Source: an uncultured Solibacteraceae bacterium (GTDB lineage: Bacteria > Acidobacteriota > Holophagae > Holophagales > Holophagaceae). From it: DNA of 61,143 bases. The stretch lies in contig CAYWDR010000001.1 of NCBI GenBank assembly GCA_964457075.1, forward strand, positions 1 through 61,143, read 5' to 3'. Position 1 is the first letter of the stretch. Each line of letters opens with the position of its first letter. The translations under genes and the position numbers were made by a program. Under the pieces are notes generated by a model that had not been told where the DNA came from, made no database searches, and saw nothing but the letters and a program-made list of their open reading frames with translations. Shown in pieces: positions 53,861 through 61,143 of this stretch.

Positions 53861-54762
53861 TGAAGATTCTACTGATCGGACACGAGGGCTACCTGGGCCG
53901 GGGGCTGCACGCCTGCCTCGGCGGGCGCCACGAGATCATCGGGTGGGATCGGAAAGAGGATCTCTTCACCCTGGACGCCGCCTTTCTCGCCCGCAGCGGC
54001 GTGGAGGCGCTCATCAACCTCTCGGTCATGGCGGATCGGCAATCCCCCCGCTTCCTCGTGGGGGAGCCCACGGATGAGATCAACGTGGGCGGCGCGCGCC
54101 ACCTCGCGAAGATCCTCAAGGGCAGCGGGATCGCCTGGATCCAGATGTCCACCCGCGAGGTGCTGGGCCCCGTGTACCGCCGGGAAGACGTGGTGGAGAC
54201 GCCGGAGGGCTACCGGCCCCGCTTCCTCGTTGACGAATCGGTCCCCTACGCCCCCTTCAACTTCTATGGGAAGTCCAAGATCGTCGCGGAGTTCATTTCC
54301 GAATCCCACCCGGAAAGCGCCGTCATCCGCCTCACCACTTGCTACACGGACTACGACCACCCCGGTGGAAACTGGATGGTTTCCCTCGTGCGCGCCGCCG
54401 TGCAGGGCAAGCCCCTCTCCCTCACGGGCGGGGGCCTCCAGTTCCGGGATCCCCTCCACGTGGATGACTTGGGCCGACTCATGGAGGCCGTCGTGGCGAA
54501 GCGGGCCTTCGGCGAAAAACTCCATGCGGGGGGCGGCGAGGCGAACCTCATTTCCCTCCTGGACTTCGTGCGGCGCGCCAACCCCGAGGCCCGCATCGAA
54601 TCCGCCCCCGGCGGGGACTTCGGCTTCGCCTTCGACAACGCCAAGGCCACCCGCCTCACGGGCTGGGCACCCCGGATCCTCGTGCGGGACAAGCTGCCGA
54701 CCCTCGTCGATCACATCGGGCGAGGGATCTCGCAGCCCTTGGCGCAGGTTCAGGAGGGGTGA
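53860..54762 (+). CDS. NAD-dependent epimerase/dehydratase family protein
   Basis: 300 aa with a TGATG overlap. MKILLIGHEGYLG and YGKSKIVAE (YxxxK). Confidence 0.75.
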   Translation: MKILLIGHEGYLGRGLHACLGGRHEIIGWDRKEDLFTLDAAFLARSGVEALINLSVMADRQSPRFLVGEPTDEINVGGARHLAKILKGSGIAWIQMSTREVLGPVYRREDVVETPEGYRPRFLVDESVPYAPFNFYGKSKIVAEFISESHPESAVIRLTTCYTDYDHPGGNWMVSLVRAAVQGKPLSLTGGGLQFRDPLHVDDLGRLMEAVVAKRAFGEKLHAGGGEANLISLLDFVRRANPEARIESAPGGDFGFAFDNAKATRLTGWAPRILVRDKLPTLVDHIGRGISQPLAQVQEG

Positions 54763-54818
54763 TCCATGTTCCCAAAAAGCCATTCACCACTGCGCGGGCA
54801 GGCCGGCAACCGAACTGG

Positions 54819-55140
54819 TTTCACCACGGAGGACGCGGAGGGGTGCGGAGAGCGCGGAGAAAACCTGAAAAAGCAGGAACGCAGAAACCGCAGAAAAACG
54901 CAGAAGGGAGTTCGACCCACGCGCTCGTCCGGACTCCTGAATCGGGCCGGGGCCCGTGACGGCCTTCGAGGGCCGTCCAGGGCCCCGGCCCGATTCATGG
55001 TCCTCGTTTGCGGACCTTGGCGCAAAGCGCCAGGAGGCCTTCCGCCGGTAGTCTTGCCCTTTTCTGCGGTTTCTGCGTTTTTCTGCGGCTTCTGCGTTCG
55101 ATCTTTCCCATCGCTTTTCCGTACGCGCCTCCGTGGTGAA
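54819..55140. repeat. Nested palindromic intergenic element, copy 2 (CACCACGGAGG termini)
   Basis: ttcaccacggagg ... cctccgtggtgaa is a perfect 13-bp terminal inverted repeat. Arms are built of gcggag and gcagaaa short repeats, mirrored by ttctgcg repeats. Central nested hairpin: gaatcgggccggggccc...gggccccggcccgattc. Confidence 0.85.
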
Positions 55141-55195
55141 GCTATTCCTTCCCGCTGGATGAGGTCGTGCCCTGTTGATTCGATGGGAGGCCGCC

Positions 55196-57232
55196 ATGGG
55201 CAGGAAGGCCGGTTCGATCGTCTTCACGGATCTCACGCACACGGCCCAGGGCATCGGGGCCCCCACCTTCCCCTTGGGGGTGAGCTTCGTCATGGCCTAC
55301 GCCCGCCAGGAGCTGGGCGACGCCTACGCCACCCGCCTCTGCAAATTCCCGGAGGATCTGAACGCCGTGCTCGCGGCGGAGATTCCCACGATGCTCTGCT
55401 TCTCCAACTACAGCTGGAACTTCGAACTGGCCTACGCCTTCGCCCGGCGGGCCAAGGCCATGGATCCGCGGGTGATCACGGTCTTCGGGGGCCCCAACTT
55501 CCCCACCCTCGCCGAGGAAAAACGGGATTTCCTCTCGGCCCGTCCCGCCCTCGACTTCTACATCGAGCTGGAAGGGGAGCTGGGCCTCGTGGCGCTCGTG
55601 CGGCACCTGGAGGACGTCGGATTCGACGCCCGGCGGCTGAAGGCCTCGGGCGCGCGGATCGGGAACACCACCTACCTCCACGAGGGCACCCTCGTCTGCG
55701 GCGACGTGAGCCGCATCGCGGACGTGAACCGCATCCCCTCGCCCTACCTCACGGGCGTGCTGGATCCCTTCTTCGACCATCCCCTGCAGCCCCTGCTGGA
55801 GACCACCCGGGGCTGCCCCTTCTCCTGCACCTTCTGCGCCGATGGGCTCACGTCCAAGAACAAGATCGCCCGCTTCGACCCGGCGCGCACCCGGGAGGAG
55901 ATCCGCTACATCGCCCGGCACGTGAAGAACGTGGACGAGCTCATCATCACGGATCTGAACTTCGCCATGTACCAGGAGGACCTCGTCACGGCGGAGGTGA
56001 TCGCCGACGTGAAGCGGGAGACGGGCTGGCCCCTGCTGATCTCGGCCTCCGCGGGCAAGAACCGGCCCGAGCGCACCATCGAGGTGGCCCGCATCCTCCA
56101 GGGCGCCTGGACCCTGGGCGCCTCCCTGCAATCCACGGATCCCGAGGTGCTCCGGGCCATCAAGCGCCAGAACATCTCCAAGGAGGCCTACCGGGACCTC
56201 GTGACCTACGGGAATTCCCTGGAGAACAGCAAGACCCATTCGGAGATCATCCTGGGCCTGCCGGGGGACACGAAGACCAAGCATCTGGAATCCCTCCGCT
56301 TCGGCGTGGAGCAGGGCGTCACCCACATGCGCATGTTCCAGGCCATGCTCCTGCGGGGCACGGAGATGGCGTCGGGGCCCACCCGGGAGAAATACGGCCT
56401 CGCCACGAAGTTCCGCGTGATCCCAGGCTGCGTGGGCATCTACGACCTCCTGGGCGAGTCCACCCCCGTCTCCGAGATCGAGGAGATCATCACGGGCAAC
56501 GCCACCCTCTCCTTCGCGGACTACCTGGATTGCCGGGAGATGAACCTCCTCGTGGAGACCTTCTACAACAACGCCCTCTTCGAGGAGGCCTTCGCCCTCT
56601 GCCGGGCCCTGGGGGTGTCCGTCTACGACTGCCTCCTCTTCACGAAGGCCCACCCGGAGCTCCGCACCCCCCGCATCGCCGCCATCCTCGACGCCTTCCT
56701 CGCCCAGACGGGCTCGGACCTCTTCGACACCTTCGAGGCGGCCCAGGCCTTCGTCCTCACGCCGGAGGTGGTGGGGCGTTACATCGGGGGGGAGCTGGGC
56801 ATCAACGAACTGCTCGTCCACAAGACCCTCCTCCTGGGGGAGTTCCGGGACCTCTGCGAGCTGCTGTTCACGGCCCTCGCCGCCACGCTCCGGGAGCGGG
56901 GGCTGCTCACGCCCAAGGTGGAGGCCTACCTGGCGGAGCTGAAGGTCTACATCCTCCAGCGGAAGGAGGACTGCGTCACGGATACGGAAGGGGAGCGGCA
57001 CGCCGCCTTCCGCTTCGATTTTGAAGCCATTCGGACAGCGAATTTCCGGGTGGATCCCAACACGCTCGCCGTGGCGGAGCGCCCCGGCGAGTGGCGATTC
57101 TTCCATAGCGAGGGCCAGAAACGGCACATCGCCAACCAGATGAACCTCTATGCCAACACGCCCACGGGCATGGGCCGTCTCCTTCAGCGGTCCAATCTCA
57201 AGCTCATCTACCGCAGCGTCGCGCAGGCCTAG
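55196..57232 (+). CDS. B12-binding-domain radical SAM protein (class B-like)
   Basis: ATG 55196 follows GGGAGG. N-terminal B12-binding-like region. The CxxxCxxC motif GCPFSCTFC lies at 55814-55837. Confidence 0.8.
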   Translation: MGRKAGSIVFTDLTHTAQGIGAPTFPLGVSFVMAYARQELGDAYATRLCKFPEDLNAVLAAEIPTMLCFSNYSWNFELAYAFARRAKAMDPRVITVFGGPNFPTLAEEKRDFLSARPALDFYIELEGELGLVALVRHLEDVGFDARRLKASGARIGNTTYLHEGTLVCGDVSRIADVNRIPSPYLTGVLDPFFDHPLQPLLETTRGCPFSCTFCADGLTSKNKIARFDPARTREEIRYIARHVKNVDELIITDLNFAMYQEDLVTAEVIADVKRETGWPLLISASAGKNRPERTIEVARILQGAWTLGASLQSTDPEVLRAIKRQNISKEAYRDLVTYGNSLENSKTHSEIILGLPGDTKTKHLESLRFGVEQGVTHMRMFQAMLLRGTEMASGPTREKYGLATKFRVIPGCVGIYDLLGESTPVSEIEEIITGNATLSFADYLDCREMNLLVETFYNNALFEEAFALCRALGVSVYDCLLFTKAHPELRTPRIAAILDAFLAQTGSDLFDTFEAAQAFVLTPEVVGRYIGGELGINELLVHKTLLLGEFRDLCELLFTALAATLRERGLLTPKVEAYLAELKVYILQRKEDCVTDTEGERHAAFRFDFEAIRTANFRVDPNTLAVAERPGEWRFFHSEGQKRHIANQMNLYANTPTGMGRLLQRSNLKLIYRSVAQA

Positions 57233-57240
57233 GAGCCGCC

Positions 57241-57804
57241 ATGGGACCCTTCGAGCAGTACCTCGCCACCAGCCGCAAAGCCATGGACTCCCTGAATCTG
57301 GAGGAAGTGGGCCGCCTCGCCGAGGCCCTCCGGAAGGCCTGGGCGGAGGGCCGGCAGGTCTTCCTCTGCGGCAACGGGGGCAGCGCCGCCAACGCCATCC
57401 ACATCGCCAACGACCTCTTCTACGGCATCGCCCCCGGGCGCGGCGGCATGCGGGTGCAGGCCCTCTCCGCCAACCAGGCGGTGATGACCTGCCTCGCCAA
57501 CGACGTGTCCTACGACGCCATCTTCTCCAAGCAGCTGGAAGTGCTCGCCCAGCCCGGGGACCTGCTCATCGTCCTCTCGGGCAGCGGCAATTCCCCCAAC
57601 ATCGTGGAGGCCCTGGAGGCGGCGAAGCGCATGGGGCTCACCTCCTTTGCCATCCTCGGCTATTCCGGGGGCAAGTGCCTGAAGCTCGCCGACCACGCCC
57701 TCCACCTGCCCATCGACGATATGCAGATCAGCGAGGACGCCCAGCTCATGATCGGCCACATGCTCATGCAGTGGTTGAAGGCCCATCCCGCCATTCCCGC
57801 CTGA
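57241..57804 (+). CDS. gmhA: Phosphoheptose (sedoheptulose-7-phosphate) isomerase, SIS domain
   Basis: 187 aa. Motifs FLCGNGGSAANAIHIANDL, VLSGSGNSPN and QISEDAQLMIGH. Confidence 0.8.
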   Translation: MGPFEQYLATSRKAMDSLNLEEVGRLAEALRKAWAEGRQVFLCGNGGSAANAIHIANDLFYGIAPGRGGMRVQALSANQAVMTCLANDVSYDAIFSKQLEVLAQPGDLLIVLSGSGNSPNIVEALEAAKRMGLTSFAILGYSGGKCLKLADHALHLPIDDMQISEDAQLMIGHMLMQWLKAHPAIPA

Positions 57805-57811
57805 GCCGCCC

Positions 57812-58822
57812 ATGCCCGATAAGATCCTCGTCCTCGGCAGCAACGCCTTCTCCGGTGCCCACTTCGTGGCCCGCGCCCTGGAGGAGGGCTGCGACGTGGT
57901 GGGGGTGAGCCGTTCGCCGGAGGTGCATCCCGTCTTTCGCGCCTATGCCTGGGAGGACGCCTGGAACGGGGCCGCCGCCAAGGGCGCCTTCGCCTTCCAC
58001 CGCCTTGACCTGAATGAGGATCTGCCGGCCATCCTCGACCTCGTCCACGCCTTCCGGCCCGATTACGTCGTGAACTTCGCCGCCCAAAGCATGGTGGCGG
58101 AGAGCTGGGAACACCCGGAGCACTGGATGCAGACGAACGTGGTGGCCAACGTGCGCCTCCACGAAGGCCTGCGCCGCTGCGCCTTCCTGAAGAAGTACCT
58201 CCACGTCTCCACGCCGGAGGTCTACGGAAGCTGCGAGGGCCTCATCGCCGAGCGCACCGTCTACGACCCGAGCACGCCCTACGCCGTGTCCCGGGCGGCG
58301 GCGGATCTGAGCCTCATGACCTACGTCCGCACCCACCGCTTCCCCGTCGTCTTCACGCGGGCCGCCAACGTCTACGGCCCCGGCCAGCAGCTCTACCGCA
58401 TCATCCCCCGCACGATGCTCTACTTCCTCACGGGGCGGCGGCTGCAGCTCCACGGGGGTGGCGTCTCCGTGCGCTCCTTCATCCACATCCGGGACGTGGC
58501 CGAAGGGACGCTGCGCGCCCTGCGCCAGGGGAAACCCGGGGACATCTTCCACCTCTCCACGCCGGAAAACGTCACGGTGCGGGCCCTCGTGGAGCGCATC
58601 GCGGGGCTCATGGGCGTCTCCTTCGCCGATGCCGTGGACGTGGCTCCAGAGCGCCCCGGCAAGGATTCCGCCTACCTGCTGGACAGCCGCAAGGCCAAGG
58701 AGGCCCTGGGCTGGGAGGCCACCCTCGATCTGGAGGAGGGTCTGCGGGAAACCCTCCACTGGATCACCGCGAACCGGGATGAGATCCTCCGCCAGCCCTT
58801 CGACTACGTGCATAAGCCCTGA
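57812..58822 (+). CDS. Extended-SDR NAD-dependent epimerase/dehydratase (4,6-dehydratase-like) with YxxxR instead of YxxxK
   Basis: 336 aa. Motifs ILVLGSNAFSGAHF, HVSTPEVYG, PYAVSRAAADL and TRAANVYGPGQ. Confidence 0.8.
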   Translation: MPDKILVLGSNAFSGAHFVARALEEGCDVVGVSRSPEVHPVFRAYAWEDAWNGAAAKGAFAFHRLDLNEDLPAILDLVHAFRPDYVVNFAAQSMVAESWEHPEHWMQTNVVANVRLHEGLRRCAFLKKYLHVSTPEVYGSCEGLIAERTVYDPSTPYAVSRAAADLSLMTYVRTHRFPVVFTRAANVYGPGQQLYRIIPRTMLYFLTGRRLQLHGGGVSVRSFIHIRDVAEGTLRALRQGKPGDIFHLSTPENVTVRALVERIAGLMGVSFADAVDVAPERPGKDSAYLLDSRKAKEALGWEATLDLEEGLRETLHWITANRDEILRQPFDYVHKP

Positions 58823-58830
58823 GGCCCCCC

Positions 58831-59769
58831 ATGAACATCCTCTTGACCGGCGGTTGCGGCTACATCGGAAGCAAGCTCACGGAGGCCCTCCTCGCCGACG
58901 GCCACCGCGTGACCGTCGTGGACGCCCAGTGGTTCGGCAACCACCTCGCCCCCCATCCCGCCCTCACGGTGATCCGGGCCGACGTGCGGGAGGCGAAGGC
59001 CCTGCCCTTCGCGGGCCAGGACGCCGTGCTGCACCTCGCCAACGTGGCCAACGACCCCTGCAGCGACCTCAACCCCAAGCTCTCCTGGGAGGTGAACGCG
59101 CTGGCCACCATGGGCCTCGTGGAGGCGGCCATCGCCGCCCGCGTGCCCCAGTTCATCTACGCCAGTTCCGGCAGCGTCTACGGCGTAAGCGAGGAACCCC
59201 AGGTCACGGAGGAGCTGCCCCTCCTGCCCATCTCCGACTACAACAAGACGAAGATGGTGAGCGAGCGCATCCTCCTCAGCTACCAGGACCGCATCACCCT
59301 CCAGTGCATCCGCCCCGCCACCGTCTGCGGGGTCTCCCCCCGCATGCGGCTGGACCTCTCCGTGAACATGCTCACCATCCAGGCCCTCACGAAGGGCCGG
59401 ATCACCGTGCTGGGCGGGGCCCAGGTGCGGCCCAATATCACGCTGAAGGACATGGTGCGCGTCTACCAGCACTTCCTCGCCCAAGGGGACCGGGCCACGG
59501 GGATCTTCAACGCCGGGTTCGAAAACCTCTCCATCCTCGCCATCGCCAAGATGGTCACGGACGTCGTGCCCGCCGACATCGACGTTCAGCCCTCCAACGA
59601 TCCCCGCTCCTATCGCCTCAACGCCGATAAGCTCCTCGCCACGGGCTTCGCGCCCCGCTTCACGGTGGCCGACGCCATCCAGGAGGTGGTGGCCGCCTAC
59701 CGGGCAGGGAGCCTGCAGGTGAACGAGCAGTGCTACAACGTGGCCACCATGAAGCAACTCGCCCTATGA
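58831..59769 (+). CDS. NAD-dependent epimerase/dehydratase family protein
   Basis: 312 aa. Motifs MNILLTGGCGYIGS, ASSGSVYG and YNKTKMVSE. Confidence 0.8.
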   Translation: MNILLTGGCGYIGSKLTEALLADGHRVTVVDAQWFGNHLAPHPALTVIRADVREAKALPFAGQDAVLHLANVANDPCSDLNPKLSWEVNALATMGLVEAAIAARVPQFIYASSGSVYGVSEEPQVTEELPLLPISDYNKTKMVSERILLSYQDRITLQCIRPATVCGVSPRMRLDLSVNMLTIQALTKGRITVLGGAQVRPNITLKDMVRVYQHFLAQGDRATGIFNAGFENLSILAIAKMVTDVVPADIDVQPSNDPRSYRLNADKLLATGFAPRFTVADAIQEVVAAYRAGSLQVNEQCYNVATMKQLAL

Positions 59770-60593
59770 CCTTCACCGCTGAGGAGCCCCTCGAACGCGC
59801 CGCCGCCCGGCTGCGGGGCCGCGTCATCGAGGTATCGGGCCGGGCCCAGGTGCCCCACCTGGGGTCCTGCCTCTCCTGCGTGGATCTCCTCACGGTGCTC
59901 TATGGGCGCGTGCTGCGCGTCGACCCCACCAAACCCCGGGATCCGGAGCGGGACCGTTTCATCCTCAGCAAGGGCCACGCGGCCCCGGCCCTCTTCCAGG
60001 TGCTCGCCTGGCGGGGTTTCTTCCCCGAGGCCTGGCTGGAGGGCTACGGCGATGACGGCAGCCTCTTCGGCGAGCATCCCCCCGCCCACGGTGTTCCCGG
60101 CGTGGAGGCGGCCACGGGCTCCCTGGGCCACGGCCTGCCCATGGGCGTGGGCATGGCCATGGGGGCGCGGCTGAAGGGCCTCGCCAACCGTACTTTCGTC
60201 CTCCTCAGCGACGGCGAGTGCAACGAGGGCGCCGTGTGGGAGGCGGCCATGATGGCCGCGGCCCAGAAGCTGGAGTCCCTCACGGCCCTCATCGATTTCA
60301 ACAAGTGGCAGGCCACGGGCCGCAGCGAGGAGGTGCTCGCCCTGGGGCCCCTCCCCGAGAAGTGGCGGGCCTTCGGGTGGGAGGCCGTGGAGGTGGACGG
60401 CCACGATCACGCCGCGCTCATCAAGGTGCTCTCCAGGGACCGCAGGGGCGCGGGGCGGCCCCTCGCGATCATCGCCCACACGGTGAAGGGGAAGGGCGTT
60501 TCCTTCATGGAGGACGATAACAACTGGCACTACCGCACGCCGACGGCGGAGGAGATCGTGGCCGCGCATCGGGAACTGGGGTTGGTGCCATGA
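59766..60593 (+). CDS. Transketolase, N-terminal (ThDP pyrophosphate-binding) subunit of a split enzyme
   Basis: 275 aa with an ATGA overlap start. Motifs HLGSCLSCVDLL, SKGHAAPALF, GSLGHGLP and LLSDGECNEGAVWEA. Confidence 0.85.
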   Translation: MTFTAEEPLERAAARLRGRVIEVSGRAQVPHLGSCLSCVDLLTVLYGRVLRVDPTKPRDPERDRFILSKGHAAPALFQVLAWRGFFPEAWLEGYGDDGSLFGEHPPAHGVPGVEAATGSLGHGLPMGVGMAMGARLKGLANRTFVLLSDGECNEGAVWEAAMMAAAQKLESLTALIDFNKWQATGRSEEVLALGPLPEKWRAFGWEAVEVDGHDHAALIKVLSRDRRGAGRPLAIIAHTVKGKGVSFMEDDNNWHYRTPTAEEIVAAHRELGLVP

Positions 60594-60644
60594 ACCGTTG
60601 GATACCGATGCATTCTGACGGTTGGGTGGTGCGACCCAAGGGCA

Positions 60645-60877
60645 AGAAATCACCACGAAGGCACGAAGGCACGAAGAAACACGAAGAAAACCCCCTTCCC
60701 CCGGCGGCCGTCTCGAAGGCCATCCGGGCCGCAGGCCCAAGGTCCAGCTTCGCTGGACCTTCCTTCGGGGGAGGCGCTGGGCGGGCCTATAGGGGGCCCG
60801 CCCAGCGCCTCCCCCGAAGGGGATGGCCGAGGTTGGGTCGGCGCCCCTTCGTGGCCTTCGTGCCTTCGTGGTTTTCT
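60645..60877. repeat. Nested palindromic intergenic element, copy 3 (CACCACGAAGG termini), between the two transketolase subunit genes
   Basis: agaaatcaccacgaaggcacgaaggcacgaag ... cttcgtggccttcgtgccttcgtggttttct. The central 24-bp perfect stem is ttcgggggaggcgctgggcgggcc / ggcccgcccagcgcctcccccgaa. Confidence 0.85.
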
Positions 60878-60927
60878 CTTTACGCCGTCGCCGCGCAGTC
60901 AGGCCAAGCCGACCTGCTGGGGGGCCC

Positions 60928-61143
60928 ATGATGCGCAACACCTTCGCCCAGGAAATCACCCGCCTCGCCGCCGAAGACGCGCGCATCGTCATGCTCTCCG
61001 GCGACATCGGCAACAAGCTCTTCGACGGCCTCAAGGCCGCCGCCCCGGGCCGCTTCCACAACTGCGGTGTGGCCGAAGCGAACATGGTGGGCGTGGCCGC
61101 GGGCCTCGCCACCTTGGGCTTCCGCCCCCTCACCTACACCATC
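60928..61143 (+). CDS. Transketolase, C-terminal (pyrimidine-binding) subunit; 3' end outside the window
   Basis: The open frame from ATG 60928 reads MMRNTFAQEITRLAAEDARIVMLSGDIGNKLFD...FHNCGVAEANMVGVAAGLA. This is typical of the split transketolase B subunit. It is not listed in the ORF track because no stop codon is reached. Confidence 0.75.
   Translation, partial: MMRNTFAQEITRLAAEDARIVMLSGDIGNKLFDGLKAAAPGRFHNCGVAEANMVGVAAGLATLGFRPLTYTI

Noticed and set aside
1-61143. rRNA, tRNA or other canonical RNA genes
   Set aside because: No cloverleaf-like or rRNA-like conserved segments were noticed in the intergenic regions. Without a search tool a small ncRNA cannot be excluded.

Overview
This is a 61.1-kb high-GC bacterial chromosomal window. 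By eye it is about two-thirds G+C, and the protein sequences give a Holophagae/Acidobacteriota-like impression that I cannot verify. Because of the GC content, most long ORFs in the six-frame track are antisense or off-frame artefacts. I kept about 50 CDSs that have recognisable motifs, sensible starts (RBS or ATGA/GTGA overlaps) and operon logic.

Layout:
- 1-17.5 kb: housekeeping and envelope genes. These include S41, S9 and M28 peptidases, an acyl-CoA dehydrogenase, a TonB-dependent receptor, a translationally coupled hslO-DUF374-queC-queF-folK operon, and rsmB.
- 17.6-23.6 kb: an extracytoplasmic redox module made of ApbE, two paralogous porins, a lipoprotein multicopper oxidase, a secreted FMN-binding protein and a His-rich 4-TM protein.
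- 23.6-27.5 kb: a minus-strand operon encoding a HemS/ChuX-like protein, a secreted tandem CbiX-like protein, a family-1 encapsulin and a hemerythrin-like cargo with a C-terminal targeting peptide.
- 27.7-29.5 kb: a leaderless trypsin-like protease fused to an Endonuclease_NS nuclease, flanked by AT-richer DNA.
- 29.6-31.4 kb: mutL.
- 31.4-42.0 kb: an accessory island. It holds two small low-GC genes, a truncated lhgO copy, a 2017-aa Rhs/YD toxin with an alpha/beta-hydrolase C-terminal domain and a cognate secreted immunity protein, and an M1 peptidase. The island is bracketed by about 0.78-kb direct repeats of the lhgO 3' end.
- 43.5-61.1 kb: a polysaccharide locus. It encodes an L-QuiNAc/L-FucNAc-type nucleotide-sugar trio, a GT2 gene, a 1693-aa five-domain glycosyltransferase, SDRs, a B12-radical SAM enzyme, gmhA and a split transketolase.

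Non-coding signals: inverted arrays of a 7-nt repeat lie between hslO and rsmB. A family of 230-320-bp nested palindromic elements with conserved CACCACGRAGG termini is also present, and one copy sits inside the split-transketolase operon.

No rRNA, tRNA, CRISPR array, integrase or transposase gene was recognised.

Best candidates for a new system are the heme/iron-linked encapsulin operon, the flavinylation-linked multicopper oxidase/porin module, the solitary protease-nuclease gene, and the Rhs toxin-immunity island.
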